Below are positions 50,275 through 60,392 of a stretch of 62,858 nucleotides of DNA, piece after piece. Numbering within the stretch: position 1 is the first letter of the stretch; every line of letters starts with the position of its first letter. The notes under the pieces are model-generated. The model was given only the letters and a program-made list of their open reading frames with translations. It was not told where the DNA came from and made no database searches. The stretch covers positions 1-62,858 of the forward strand of contig CAYUVA010000022.1 in assembly GCA_964448115.1 (NCBI GenBank). Reading direction: 5' to 3'. Position numbers and translations under genes: made by a program. The stretch comes from an uncultured bacterium (GTDB taxonomy: Bacteria; CAYUVA01).

Positions 50275-51032
50275 TCCTTTTCCTTCAGGGAATATTTGGC
50301 ATAGGGTGGCGGGTATTCACGATTATAAAACTCCTTGAAAGGGATATGCCAGGAGATAAGACTAGGATTCTTCTCATCGGCTGTGCCGTTGGTGGAAATT
50401 ATCTTGCCTGGGAAGGTTACCCTGATAGTTATCTGTGTATTGGCGAGCCTTTCAATGGTCTTTTTATCTATATTAGCTTCCACGCTGGTCTGGATGCGTT
50501 CCTGATTTGTCTTTGCAGGTTGCTCTCCCTTTCTTTCAATCCTTATGGCAGTTTCAGCTTCACCATCAGATGTCTTTTTCTGAGCAACATCAGTCGGCTT
50601 GGACGATCCTGGTTGTTCGGTTTGCTCAGGCTTGGCTTTCCTTTCAGGTTTTTGTGGCTTTTTTATCTCTCCGGAGCCTCTATATGGATTGAAGAAGATC
50701 TTGAATTCCCTGGTATTTTCGTCCAGCTCCTTCAGGGTAGCAAAATGACCGAAAAGCTTGAATTTACTGATATCACTGACCTCAGTCTCGACCTTGAGAT
50801 ATACATGCTCTCCCTCTTCTTTAATTGCTGACTTGGTTACCCTGGATACCTCGCTTTGATATTCCATGATATGTTTCTGGATGCCAGCATGGTTAGCTTT
50901 GCCCAGCCTGGTAACAGAGGTCATCTTACAGGAATTGTCATCGTTCAAGACTATATCTATCTCATAGCAGCCATACATACTGACCACGATCATCAAAAGG
51001 ATGACTGTGAATGCTGTTTTGTATCTCTTCAT
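50271..51032 (-). CDS. Putative lipoprotein with an LppM-like domain and a low-complexity insert
   Basis: Lipobox MYGC, then 'IVLNDDNS' and 'VTFPGKIISTNG.......ISW'. Confidence 0.6.
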   Translation of the reverse strand: MKRYKTAFTVILLMIVVSMYGCYEIDIVLNDDNSCKMTSVTRLGKANHAGIQKHIMEYQSEVSRVTKSAIKEEGEHVYLKVETEVSDISKFKLFGHFATLKELDENTREFKIFFNPYRGSGEIKKPQKPERKAKPEQTEQPGSSKPTDVAQKKTSDGEAETAIRIERKGEQPAKTNQERIQTSVEANIDKKTIERLANTQITIRVTFPGKIISTNGTADEKNPSLISWHIPFKEFYNREYPPPYAKYSLKEKE

Positions 51033-51207
51033 CGGTGTTTCTCCTTTGTTTTTAGATCCATCAAAATCATAAAATATTGAACAAGCCTATAAATGTCAAT
51101 TGAGAAGGGGCGTGGGATTATGGTATGCATGGTTCTGTTAGGACAAGTTAAGCCTTTAAAAATATTTCTGTTTTCAGTTGCCAACAGTGTCATATTGACT
51201 CATTGTC

Positions 51208-51236
51208 TTGACATGAGGGTAGCATGAAACTAGTAT
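51208..51236 (+). promoter_or_regulatory. Candidate sigma70 promoter of the giant surface-protein gene
   Basis: TTGACA, 17-nt spacer, TAGTAT. Confidence 0.5.
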
Positions 51237-51273
51237 TAATAAAGAATAATCGGTTATTAAGCGGATTTATCTG

Positions 51274-54200
51274 ATGAAAAGACCTAAGCAGCCTAGCTCA
51301 ATCTTCCTGTTACTCACCTTTTGTGTTTTGATAACGCCAGTAAGTAGCAGCCATTCAACCACCTATCACAACAGCGATATAACCAGCAGCGAGACCTGGT
51401 ACAGGTCGGGCAATCCGCATATCGTTACCGCGGATATCTCGGTGGTCAACATCCTAGGCATCACCTTGACCATCGAAGCCGGCTGCGATGTCCAGTTTAC
51501 CGTAGCCAGCAGCCTCACCGTCGATGATAATTGCAAGCTGAGGGCTTATGGTACCGAAAGCGCGCCGATCCGCTTCACCTCCAACAATTCCAACCCGCAG
51601 CCGGGGGACTGGGAGGGGATCTATCACAACTGGAGCGATGCTGACGGAAACTACACATACTGTATCTTCGAGTATGCGGGTAATAACGCTGCTGCGCTAA
51701 ATGCTGAGGATGGCGCTGCAATATATATGCGCAACTGCGAGATACGATATTGCTGGAATACGAACCTGAGTCGTGGGGGGATGATCTATATAGCCAACAA
51801 CTCCACGCTAAGCATCCAGTGGTCTTCCATACATGACAATGCAGTGCAGTCAGCCCCTGGCGGAGCAATCTATACCTGGGCTTCTCAGACTACGGTAACC
51901 AATTGCGATATCTATAAGAATCGAGTGCGCAATAACTCTGGAGGCGCAATCTTTGTTGAAAATTGTAGCCCGACTATCACCGATTGCCGTATCTTCGACA
52001 ACAACTGCACAGAGGTAGGGGGAGGTATTCATCTGAAGGCGGATACATCGCCATGGACTGCCTTTTCTCCAACAATAAAAGACAATATCATCTATAGGAA
52101 CTACTCGATTGGAAATGGCGGAGGCATTTATATCGATGGCAACTTCAGCGCTGTTTTGTTGAGAGTAACCATAGCGGAGAATAAAAGCGATGGCAATGGC
52201 GGGGGAATTGCATACTACGGAAGCCGCTGGAACCGCATCCATATAAATGATTGCACCATCTTCGCCAATAACCCTCAAGGGATCTACCAAGCGCCGGAGA
52301 GCATAAATATATATTACACGAATGTGATCAGCCAGGCAGGTTACGGCATCAGGGGACACCCCAACAGCATCCGGGAGAGCAATCTATACAATAATACGAC
52401 CTACGAGGTCTATGCTGACAACCCGCCCAGCGTGGATGCGCAGTACAACTACTGGGGCACTAGCGATGCAGGTACCATCTCGGGCAGAACCAACAATGTC
52501 AACTACGACAACTATTATTCGACCGCTCGCCATCAGCCGCCTCCCCCACCGCCGATCAACCTTTATCCTGACTGTCGCCACGAGAAGGTGGTGCTTTCCT
52601 GGGACAAGGTGAGCGCCAGCGATATCCTCGGATACTATGTTTACTACGATACGATGACGCCGGGGATATTCTATCCCACTTATGATGGTAATGATTCTCT
52701 TCAGGGTATCTCACCGCGCGATGCTGGTGATGTGGGCAAGTATTCGCTGACCGGCTTGACCAATGGGAGGATGTATCGCCTGGCGGTCAGGGCTTACGAC
52801 TCCTCTGAGACCGGCTGGTACTCCGAGGAGGTAACCGCGGTGCCGGTAACCTCCACGCCGACTGCCACGCCGAGCATGACTCCGAGCAGCACTCCTAGCT
52901 CCACGCCGACCAGCTCCCCATCATCAACTCCATCGAGCACTCCGAGCAGCACCCCGACCGATACAGCTACCTACACCCCGTCATCAACTCCCTCAAGCAC
53001 TCCGACATCGACCTCAACAGAAACGCCGACATCGACCCCTTCAAACACTCCTAGCCGTACACCGACCTCGACCAGCACACCGACCGAGATTCCGACCTCA
53101 ACTCCGACCGCAACCTCCACCCACAGCCCGACCGATACAGCAACACTGACTCCCACCGTAACATCGACCTTCACACCGACAATGACGCCGAGCAACACTC
53201 CGAGCAGCACGCCGACAAGTACCTTGACCCTTACACCCAGCTCGACACCGAGCCAGACGCCGACCCTAACGCCGACGGTAACCGATACGCCGACCCATTC
53301 TCCTACCGGGACGCCGACAACAACACCAAGCAGTACCTCCAGCTCAACACCCAGCTCGACGCCGACAGCGACGGTTAGCAGCACCCCGACTGCGACCGAG
53401 ACCGCCACCCCGACCTATACATCCACCGCTATACCGACCTCCACGCCCAGCTTAACGCCAACATCGACTCCATCAGCGACCCCGACCCAGACAGTTACCG
53501 ATACCCCCTCGCAGACGCCGACCAACACAGCGACCACCATCCCGACTGAAACCCCGACCCTGACGCCGACGGCGACCAGCACTCCAACCAGCACTCCGAC
53601 GGCGACCCATACTGGTATGCCGAGCACCACTCCAACTTCCACGCCGAGCATCACCCCTAGCCTTACCCCGAGCGCTACGCCCACCGATACCTCGACCTCG
53701 CTTCCCAGCGCCACACCGACCGCTACCGCAAGCGCAACTCCGACCAGCACATCAACACCGACCATGCTACCAACCGCTACTCCCAGTGCGACCGTAACCG
53801 GCACCCCCTCATCGACTCCAAGCGCCACGCCAAGCGCCACGCCGAGCACAACACCGACCTATACCGCAACCTCGACGGCGACGCCGAGCATGACCCCTTC
53901 CAGCACGCCATCAGGCACCCCAACCGAGACGCCCTCCTCAACACCGACACTAACACCTAGCGCTACCTTTACCGCCATACCGACCAGCACTGCCACAGAG
54001 ATCCCCACCTCAACCCCTAGCGACACGCCCACTGCTACGCCAACAGCGACCGAGACGGCAACGCCGACCTCTACTGCAACCGGTACGCCGACCGCCACAG
54101 GCACCGGCATGCCATCCTGGACGCCGAGCAACACCCCGTCTCTTACCCCGACTGCTACGCCATCGACAACGCCGACCGTGATAGCAAGCGCCACCCCGAC

Positions 54201-55902
54201 CTTGACGCCGACCAACACAGCTACGCCGAGCTGGACACCAAGCCAGACACCAACCAACACAGCTACCGATGTTCCTAGTACTACTCCCACAGCTACCGAA
54301 ACGCTAACGCCGAGCCTTACGCCGACGCTGACCTTGACCCCAACCGACACACCCACGCTGACGCCAACCACGACTGCGAGCACAACCCCGACTGGCACAG
54401 CGACCGCAACCACCATTCCGACCACGACTCCGAGCGCATCGCCAACCAGTACAGCCACCTATTCACCAACCAGCACCCCTTCGGGGACTCCCAGCCTGAC
54501 GCCAAGCAATACTCCCACCGATCTGCCCAGCATGACCCCTACCCAAAGCCCGACCAGCACTGCTACTCCGACCAGCACCCTTACTCAAAGCCCGACTACA
54601 ACTCCATCTGCAACCCCGAGCACCACGCCAACCAACACAATAACCAGGACTCCCAGCCGAACGCCGAGCCATACTCCAACCCTTACTTGTACATTCACGC
54701 CCACCATATCCCCCATCCCCTCCAGCACTCCGACCAACACGATGACGCTATATCCGACCCGCACCGAGACGCAGACGCCGACCCTGACGCCGACCATAAC
54801 CTCGACTCCCACCAACACGCCATCGACAACGCCTACCGATACAGCGACCGCCTCGCCGACCATGCTGCCAACATCTACTCCCACCGCCACTATGACCCCA
54901 TGCAGCGAGGTCGATATCTTCGAGCCTGATGATACCTGGGAACAGGCAAAGGATATCTTCTGCGATCAGGCTTTGCAGAGGCGCTATTTCTGCTACGAGG
55001 GTGATATCGACTGGGTGCGCTTCGAGGTCAGCCTGCACGCCACTTATGCCATCCGTTCCCTCAACCTTGGCTTGCTGGTCGATACATACTTCGAGCTATA
55101 TGACAGCAATCAGACAATGATAGCCAGCAACGATGATTACGATGTTAATTCAAGCGCATCGATGATCTCGCTGGAGGCAGTTGTCGAGTATCCCTCACCA
55201 TGGCGACTTCGTATAATAGAGGATAGCGACCCGCCTCTATGGGGACCGGGTGCCTTGTATGACTTGCAGCTCGTCTGCCTGACCGCCACCCCGACAGCAA
55301 CGCCTAGCCTAACCCCGACAATGACACCAAGCCCGACCTTCACCCCATCAAATACCCCCTCGCAGACAACGACCCCTACCATGACCCCATCGGTAACCGA
55401 TACGCCAACTATCAAACCGACCAGGACCCCGACCAAGACGCCAACCCCGACAGAAACGCCGATCCCAAGCTCAACGCCTACCATAACACCAACACCATCG
55501 GATACGCCGACCGTATCGCCGACCCCATCGCCTACCCCAACCCAAAGCGCAACCAGCACTCCATCACCTACCCCGACCCTGACGCCGGACGAGGTGCCTC
55601 GTTTCTCGGCAGGTGGCTACATGGATACTCGTTTAAGCAGCGCTGCTGGGGGCAATCTGAACATGCTGGCACTCACCTTAGCGCCAAAGTATGGAGTCAA
55701 GACTGTTGAGCTATACTTCATGGGCGAGCCAGTCGGTTTGTTTATGGACTACGGCGGACTATCGTTGAACATGCAGGTCTGGAATTTGTTTATCACGGTT
55801 GGAGGAGGAGCTGCGCCGGGAACATACCCGCTGGAGTTGATGGCGACCAACAGGCTTGGCACAGAGGGATTGCTCTGGCCTTACCTCAATGTAACCGAGT
55901 AA
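51274..55902 (+). CDS. 1542-aa secreted surface protein: right-handed beta-helix (GGAI/GGGI repeats), FN3, about 680-aa Thr/Ser/Pro stalk, PPC-like domain, second PT linker, C-terminal WPYL domain
   Basis: Signal peptide, Pmp-like GGxI repeats, FN3 (VVLSW...GYYVYY...LTGLTNG..Y.LAVRAYD), TPxx repeats and PPC-like [29 protein letters not shown]. Confidence 0.88.
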   Translation: MKRPKQPSSIFLLLTFCVLITPVSSSHSTTYHNSDITSSETWYRSGNPHIVTADISVVNILGITLTIEAGCDVQFTVASSLTVDDNCKLRAYGTESAPIRFTSNNSNPQPGDWEGIYHNWSDADGNYTYCIFEYAGNNAAALNAEDGAAIYMRNCEIRYCWNTNLSRGGMIYIANNSTLSIQWSSIHDNAVQSAPGGAIYTWASQTTVTNCDIYKNRVRNNSGGAIFVENCSPTITDCRIFDNNCTEVGGGIHLKADTSPWTAFSPTIKDNIIYRNYSIGNGGGIYIDGNFSAVLLRVTIAENKSDGNGGGIAYYGSRWNRIHINDCTIFANNPQGIYQAPESINIYYTNVISQAGYGIRGHPNSIRESNLYNNTTYEVYADNPPSVDAQYNYWGTSDAGTISGRTNNVNYDNYYSTARHQPPPPPPINLYPDCRHEKVVLSWDKVSASDILGYYVYYDTMTPGIFYPTYDGNDSLQGISPRDAGDVGKYSLTGLTNGRMYRLAVRAYDSSETGWYSEEVTAVPVTSTPTATPSMTPSSTPSSTPTSSPSSTPSSTPSSTPTDTATYTPSSTPSSTPTSTSTETPTSTPSNTPSRTPTSTSTPTEIPTSTPTATSTHSPTDTATLTPTVTSTFTPTMTPSNTPSSTPTSTLTLTPSSTPSQTPTLTPTVTDTPTHSPTGTPTTTPSSTSSSTPSSTPTATVSSTPTATETATPTYTSTAIPTSTPSLTPTSTPSATPTQTVTDTPSQTPTNTATTIPTETPTLTPTATSTPTSTPTATHTGMPSTTPTSTPSITPSLTPSATPTDTSTSLPSATPTATASATPTSTSTPTMLPTATPSATVTGTPSSTPSATPSATPSTTPTYTATSTATPSMTPSSTPSGTPTETPSSTPTLTPSATFTAIPTSTATEIPTSTPSDTPTATPTATETATPTSTATGTPTATGTGMPSWTPSNTPSLTPTATPSTTPTVIASATPTLTPTNTATPSWTPSQTPTNTATDVPSTTPTATETLTPSLTPTLTLTPTDTPTLTPTTTASTTPTGTATATTIPTTTPSASPTSTATYSPTSTPSGTPSLTPSNTPTDLPSMTPTQSPTSTATPTSTLTQSPTTTPSATPSTTPTNTITRTPSRTPSHTPTLTCTFTPTISPIPSSTPTNTMTLYPTRTETQTPTLTPTITSTPTNTPSTTPTDTATASPTMLPTSTPTATMTPCSEVDIFEPDDTWEQAKDIFCDQALQRRYFCYEGDIDWVRFEVSLHATYAIRSLNLGLLVDTYFELYDSNQTMIASNDDYDVNSSASMISLEAVVEYPSPWRLRIIEDSDPPLWGPGALYDLQLVCLTATPTATPSLTPTMTPSPTFTPSNTPSQTTTPTMTPSVTDTPTIKPTRTPTKTPTPTETPIPSSTPTITPTPSDTPTVSPTPSPTPTQSATSTPSPTPTLTPDEVPRFSAGGYMDTRLSSAAGGNLNMLALTLAPKYGVKTVELYFMGEPVGLFMDYGGLSLNMQVWNLFITVGGGAAPGTYPLELMATNRLGTEGLLWPYLNVTE
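52849..54900 (+). repeat. Coding low-complexity (TPxx)n mucin-like repeat
   Basis: About 2 kb of 12-nt/4-aa periodicity, strongly C/A-rich on the + strand, with diversified codons. Confidence 0.95.
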
Positions 55903-56034
55903 TAAAACTGGAAGTTGTCGGTTAATAGTTGAGTAACTACAAAGCCTGCCCCCAGGGAAGGCAGGGGCACTACCGCACGATCGAAGCAAAGAACCCTAAG
56001 GAAAAACTGTGTAAATGTGGAGGTATTTCCTTTA

Positions 56035-56865
56035 CTAATTAAAAGCACGCAAGAATTCGAGCAGACTAGACACCGTCTGATCAGGGGTTGAGGTCGCCGA
56101 GGCTACAAACAGACTCTCGATCCCTTGTATTTTATCTTTGTCGATGGTGTCCGCGCTCTGAATCAGAAACGAGCGGGGATTGTACCTTCGCGCAGTCCTC
56201 AGCAGGCTGTTTGCATTGGCACTGTTTGCCGAGCCTATGATAAGCACAGCATCGTTTTGTGGCGCATTGATCCTCAATTCATCTCTTCTCTTCTGTATCC
56301 AGGGGCACAGGCTTTGTATTACCAACACAGAGGCGAAACGGCTTTTAGCCTGCTTGATGAAGTGATCGAACTCTTCTGGCTCCAGCGAGGTTTGGGCAGC
56401 TATGGCAACCTTTTCTCCTTCAATATTGCTATGCTGCTCCATGGAGGTTATTGTATGGCAATCAGGGGAGAGCGATGACAAAGCCCGTATCTCCTCATGT
56501 CCCTCATCGCCTATTATTAGAACCGTCAAAGATTGTCGCAGCCTTGATAATATTTCATCCCTGATGTTTGTTATATGCGAGCAGGTGCAATCTATTATTC
56601 TGATTGCCCGCGCTTGTGCGTTTTCTTCCAGCCAGCGCGGTATTCCGTGCGCATTTGATATAAGAATGCTACCCCGGGGAACTTGCGTGATATCCTCGAT
56701 ACTTATAACCCTTGCTTTATCGAGCATGGCAAGAGCATCCTGGTTGTGCACAAGCTGGCAGTAGGCATAAACCTTCTCGCCTTGATTGGCAAGCTTAAGG
56801 GCAGTCTTCATGGCATGCTTTGCGCCGGGGCAAAAGCCAATGTTCCTGGCGATTGTAACCTTCAC
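56035..56865 (-). CDS. ispH: 4-hydroxy-3-methylbut-2-enyl diphosphate reductase (divergent)
   Basis: GFC, VHN, AHG, DCTC, GHEE, AQT, LC, SAN and STP motifs. All three Fe-S Cys are present. Confidence 0.85.
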   Translation of the reverse strand: MKVTIARNIGFCPGAKHAMKTALKLANQGEKVYAYCQLVHNQDALAMLDKARVISIEDITQVPRGSILISNAHGIPRWLEENAQARAIRIIDCTCSHITNIRDEILSRLRQSLTVLIIGDEGHEEIRALSSLSPDCHTITSMEQHSNIEGEKVAIAAQTSLEPEEFDHFIKQAKSRFASVLVIQSLCPWIQKRRDELRINAPQNDAVLIIGSANSANANSLLRTARRYNPRSFLIQSADTIDKDKIQGIESLFVASATSTPDQTVSSLLEFLRAFN

Positions 56866-56877
56866 TTCAAGCGATAC

Positions 56878-58242
56878 CTATATCAAGGCTTTTCGGCTCT
56901 TGTGGAAGCGGCGCAGGAAGGATGTTGAGCAGGTGCCATCCTGGAAGCGGTCGCTGTTGATTATTATCTTGTGCAGGGGAATGTTGGTGGCGATCCCACT
57001 GATCACGAACTCATCCAGTGCCCTATTGAGGCGTCGAATCGCCTCAGCCCGGTGGTTAGCGTGAATGATCAGTTTTGCGATCAGGCTGTCATAGTACGGC
57101 GTGATGCAATAACCCTCATAAGCTGCCGAATCGACCCTTGTGCCTACGCCGGACGGCTGTCTGTATTGGCTGATTGTGCCTAAACTGGGAGTCAGCTCAA
57201 AGGGGTGCTCGGCATAGATGCGGCACTCGATGCTGTGTCCGAAGCGAATAAGCTCTTGTTGGGAGGTGCTCAAAGGGTAGCCGGCTGCGATAAGGATCTG
57301 CTCCTTGACCAGGTTGACCCCGGTGATCATCTCGGTAACCGGGTGCTCCACCTGGATGCGAGGATTTATCTCCATGAAATAATAGTTTCCCTCAAAGTCA
57401 ACCAAAAACTCCATCGTAGCCAGGTTGACCAGTCGTATCGCCTCGGCAATGCGCAATGCATCGTTATGTAGCCTTTGTCTAACATCGACGGGGACGCTGC
57501 TTGCTGGGGCTTCCTCGATTATCTTCTGGTATTTTCGTTGTATGGAGCAGTCGCGCTCGAAGAGGTGGATGATGTTGCCATGCTTGTCAGCAGCGATCTG
57601 TACCTCGACATGCTTGGCGCGGGGCAGGTATTTCTCAAGGTAAAGATCCGCGTTGTTGAAATAGGCGCGAGCTTCGTTGGCTGCAAGCTCGAGATTATTG
57701 GATAACTCCGAGGGGTGATTGACGATGCGCATCCCCTTGCCCCCCCCACCGCCGACCGACTTGATCACCAGCGGGAAGCCTATTTGCTCTGCTGATTTAA
57801 TAGCCTCGCTTGCATCCTTTATCGGCTCGGTTGTTGCAGGAAGGACGGGCACATTCAGGGAGGCTACCATCTCCCTTGCCTTGAGCTTATCCCCTGCGCT
57901 GCGCAAGGTTTGAGGTGAAGGACCGATGAAGGTTATGCCCGCCTCCAGGCAGCTTTGTGCCAAAAATGGGTTCTCGGCTAGAAATCCGTATCCAGGGTGT
58001 ATGGCATCGACCTTTTTCTGCTCAGCGGCAGCCAAGATACTGGGGATGTTGAGGTAACTCGACTGGTTGAGCGCCGCTCCAATGCAGACCGCCTCCTTTG
58101 CCAGCTTGACATGCAATGCGTCCTTGTCAGCCTCGGAATAGACGGCAACGGTCCCGATGCCAAGCTCCTTGCAGGCGCGGATGACTCGAATGGCGATCTC
58201 CCCGCGGTTAGCGACTAATATCTTGTCGAATGGGAATTTCAA
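56878..58242 (-). CDS. accC: Acetyl-CoA carboxylase, biotin carboxylase subunit
   Basis: KILVANRGEIA, HPGYGFLAEN, GGGGKGM, ERDCSIQR and RIQVEHPVTE motifs. Confidence 0.96.
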   Translation of the reverse strand: MKFPFDKILVANRGEIAIRVIRACKELGIGTVAVYSEADKDALHVKLAKEAVCIGAALNQSSYLNIPSILAAAEQKKVDAIHPGYGFLAENPFLAQSCLEAGITFIGPSPQTLRSAGDKLKAREMVASLNVPVLPATTEPIKDASEAIKSAEQIGFPLVIKSVGGGGGKGMRIVNHPSELSNNLELAANEARAYFNNADLYLEKYLPRAKHVEVQIAADKHGNIIHLFERDCSIQRKYQKIIEEAPASSVPVDVRQRLHNDALRIAEAIRLVNLATMEFLVDFEGNYYFMEINPRIQVEHPVTEMITGVNLVKEQILIAAGYPLSTSQQELIRFGHSIECRIYAEHPFELTPSLGTISQYRQPSGVGTRVDSAAYEGYCITPYYDSLIAKLIIHANHRAEAIRRLNRALDEFVISGIATNIPLHKIIINSDRFQDGTCSTSFLRRFHKSRKALI

Positions 58243-58280
58243 GGCGTCTGATATTACTCTACGAGTTCAAAGCCTACACC

Positions 58281-58715
58281 CTACTCATCGATCTCGATGA
58301 CGAAAAGCGGAGTTCCGTATTGCACCGGCTGTGCGTTTTCCACCATGATCTCGCGGATGTAACCGCGGTACTGGCTCTCGATCTCGTTCATCAGCTTGAG
58401 CGCCTCGATGATGCAAAGCACCTGTCCCTTCTCCACCAGGTCTCCCACCTTGACAAAAGGCTCTGAGTCTGGAGATGGCGCAGCGTAGAAGGTGCCGACC
58501 ATTGGCGCTTTGAAGGTGATCAGCCTCTTACCCGCATCAGATTGCTCAGCCAACGAACCTCCTGCTGGTGTAGAGCCAACAATGGGGGGCAGCTTGCGCA
58601 CAAGCCTTATGCGAAGGTCACCAGACTGGTACTCAAGCTCCACCAGATCCTCTTTTTCTGCAAACTTGGCGAGTCGCTTTAATAGTTCACCATCGAAATC
58701 TTTTTCTTTTGCCAT
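58281..58715 (-). CDS. accB: Biotin carboxyl carrier protein
   Basis: APMVGTFY and EALKLMNEI (biotinylated Lys). Confidence 0.95.
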   Translation of the reverse strand: MAKEKDFDGELLKRLAKFAEKEDLVELEYQSGDLRIRLVRKLPPIVGSTPAGGSLAEQSDAGKRLITFKAPMVGTFYAAPSPDSEPFVKVGDLVEKGQVLCIIEALKLMNEIESQYRGYIREIMVENAQPVQYGTPLFVIEIDE

Positions 58716-59278
58716 CAGCTAACTCTCTCGATGTAGGTATCGCTCCTGGTATCTATCTTAACGATATCACCCTCGGATATGAACGGCGGGACTGTAACAA
58801 CCAGCCCTGTCTCAAGCGTGGCTGGCTTTCCCCCGCCCTGTGCCTGATCGGTCTTGCTCCCCGGCATGGTCTCGGAGACCCTAAGCTCCACAAATAAAGG
58901 TGGCTCGACCACTACCGGCTTATCATGGAAGAACATCACCTGCACCTGGACATTCTCCACCAAGTACTTGGCGCTTTCACCGATGACCTCCTCGGACAAC
59001 AGGATCTGCTCGTAGGTCTGGTTATCCATAAGGCAGAAAGCCTCGCCATCCTTATACAAGAATTGCATATTTTTCGTTTCGAGGTTAGCCAGCTCGATCT
59101 TCTCGCCAGCCTGGAACGTCTTGTCCATGACCGCGCCGGTGATTAGGTTTTTAAGTTTAGTCCTGACCACCGCGCCGCCTCGCCCCGGCTTCTTGTGATG
59201 CAGAAACTCAAGCACCATCCAGGGTTCACCATCTATTTCGATCTTGAGATTATTTCTGATATCCGCGGTAGTAGCCAT
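58715..59278 (-). CDS. efp: Translation elongation factor P
   Basis: KPGRGGAVVRTKLKN, KPATLETG and VPPFI..GD motifs. Canonical efp-accB-accC order. Confidence 0.96.
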   Translation of the reverse strand: MATTADIRNNLKIEIDGEPWMVLEFLHHKKPGRGGAVVRTKLKNLITGAVMDKTFQAGEKIELANLETKNMQFLYKDGEAFCLMDNQTYEQILLSEEVIGESAKYLVENVQVQVMFFHDKPVVVEPPLFVELRVSETMPGSKTDQAQGGGKPATLETGLVVTVPPFISEGDIVKIDTRSDTYIERVS

Positions 59279-59405
59279 TATTTCTCTCCTTACTATCTAT
59301 CATTCGTAGTTGACAGCCATCGGCAATCACAACTCAAGCATAGCATAACCTACAGATGCATTGAAAGATTGAAGCATAATTTCAGGACCTGGCGTAAAAA
59401 AATGC

Positions 59406-60275
59406 CTAGTCCAAGCCGGTATGAGGGAGCATGGCATTCAATGGAGGATCGATATTGATGGCGCCAAGATTGGGATCGTTCTTCTTGTCGTACAATGTAG
59501 CATGGATTTTCTCAAGATCATTGGTGCCCCACCAGTTGAAGATTACTATTACATCTTCATTCACGGTTGGTCCCAAGGCAAAGTTGTACTCCAGGTTGTC
59601 GTATATGTTGTTGCGCAGTATGGATGTATCCTCGTTGGAGCTTGATTTCTCCGCGTAGTACAATCCGATGCGGTTCTCGATGATCTTGTTGTAGGTAACA
59701 TTGCTCTTGCAGTCAATATATGCGATGCCATACCCGTTCTTGTTGATCTCGTTGTATTCCACCTGCAGCTTTGCGTTCTTGAAGTAGATGCCGTACTGGT
59801 TCTTGAAGATGCGGTTTCTTGCGATCTTTGCCTGGCAGTTTTCAGCATAGATCCCATAGATAGCCCCGCTGATCCTCGCATAGCCTATCTTGCTCTCGCG
59901 GCAGTTGTAAAGTATGATTCCCCCCCAGGTGCCCTCGGAATACTCCTCGCCTTCCTGTACATAAGGCTGGAATGTGATGGGAGCATTCAGCTCCCCGATA
60001 GCCATCAACCTTCCCTTGATAATAAGGTCTGTCTTAGCCGTCTCCGCATCTTCGGCAGTGAGATTCCTTTTCGATAGCGGAAGGAATTTGATCGTGGTTC
60101 CCGGCTCTATTATCAAGGTCGCCTGGGGGGCGACTATGATATCGCCGGTTACGATGATGGTCTTATTCCAGATAGTATCATATTCGATGACCTGGCTTTC
60201 AATAATAGTGCCCTCCTTGCATCCTGACGCAAAGATAACTATAAAAAGGGCGATTAAGAGCAACCTGCACCTCAT
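59406..60275 (-). CDS. Lipoprotein with a right-handed parallel beta-helix (NosD-like repeats)
   Basis: Lipobox FASGC, N.I..N.YGI repeats and NWWGT. Start moved to ATG 60275 (AAGGAG RBS). Confidence 0.8.
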   Translation of the reverse strand: MRCRLLLIALFIVIFASGCKEGTIIESQVIEYDTIWNKTIIVTGDIIVAPQATLIIEPGTTIKFLPLSKRNLTAEDAETAKTDLIIKGRLMAIGELNAPITFQPYVQEGEEYSEGTWGGIILYNCRESKIGYARISGAIYGIYAENCQAKIARNRIFKNQYGIYFKNAKLQVEYNEINKNGYGIAYIDCKSNVTYNKIIENRIGLYYAEKSSSNEDTSILRNNIYDNLEYNFALGPTVNEDVIVIFNWWGTNDLEKIHATLYDKKNDPNLGAINIDPPLNAMLPHTGLD

Positions 60276-60313
60276 TCGCTTTTTCTCCTTACCGTTCATT
60301 TCCATTTTCGATG

Positions 60314-60341
60314 ATTATAATGATATATTAAACTATTGCAA
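60314..60341 (-). promoter_or_regulatory. Candidate sigma70 promoter of the beta-helix lipoprotein/efp region
   Basis: TTGCAA, 16-nt spacer, TATAAT on the minus strand. Confidence 0.5.
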
Positions 60342-60392
60342 ACCGAAGGGAGCATTTGCCCGGCTTAACCGAGCTAACTTGCTTAGGAGACA

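Noticed and set aside
52849..54900. Periodic DNA that could be mistaken for a CRISPR array or satellite
   Set aside because: The periodicity is 12 nt and in frame within a CDS, with no constant repeat plus unique spacer structure and no cas genes.
52971..55559. Several long Val/Gly-rich ORFs on the minus strand
   Set aside because: They are antisense shadows of the (TPxx)n coding repeat, not independent genes.
55945..55965. CCTGCC..GGCAGG hairpin between convergent genes
   Set aside because: There is no U-tract on either side, so it is too weak to call a terminator.
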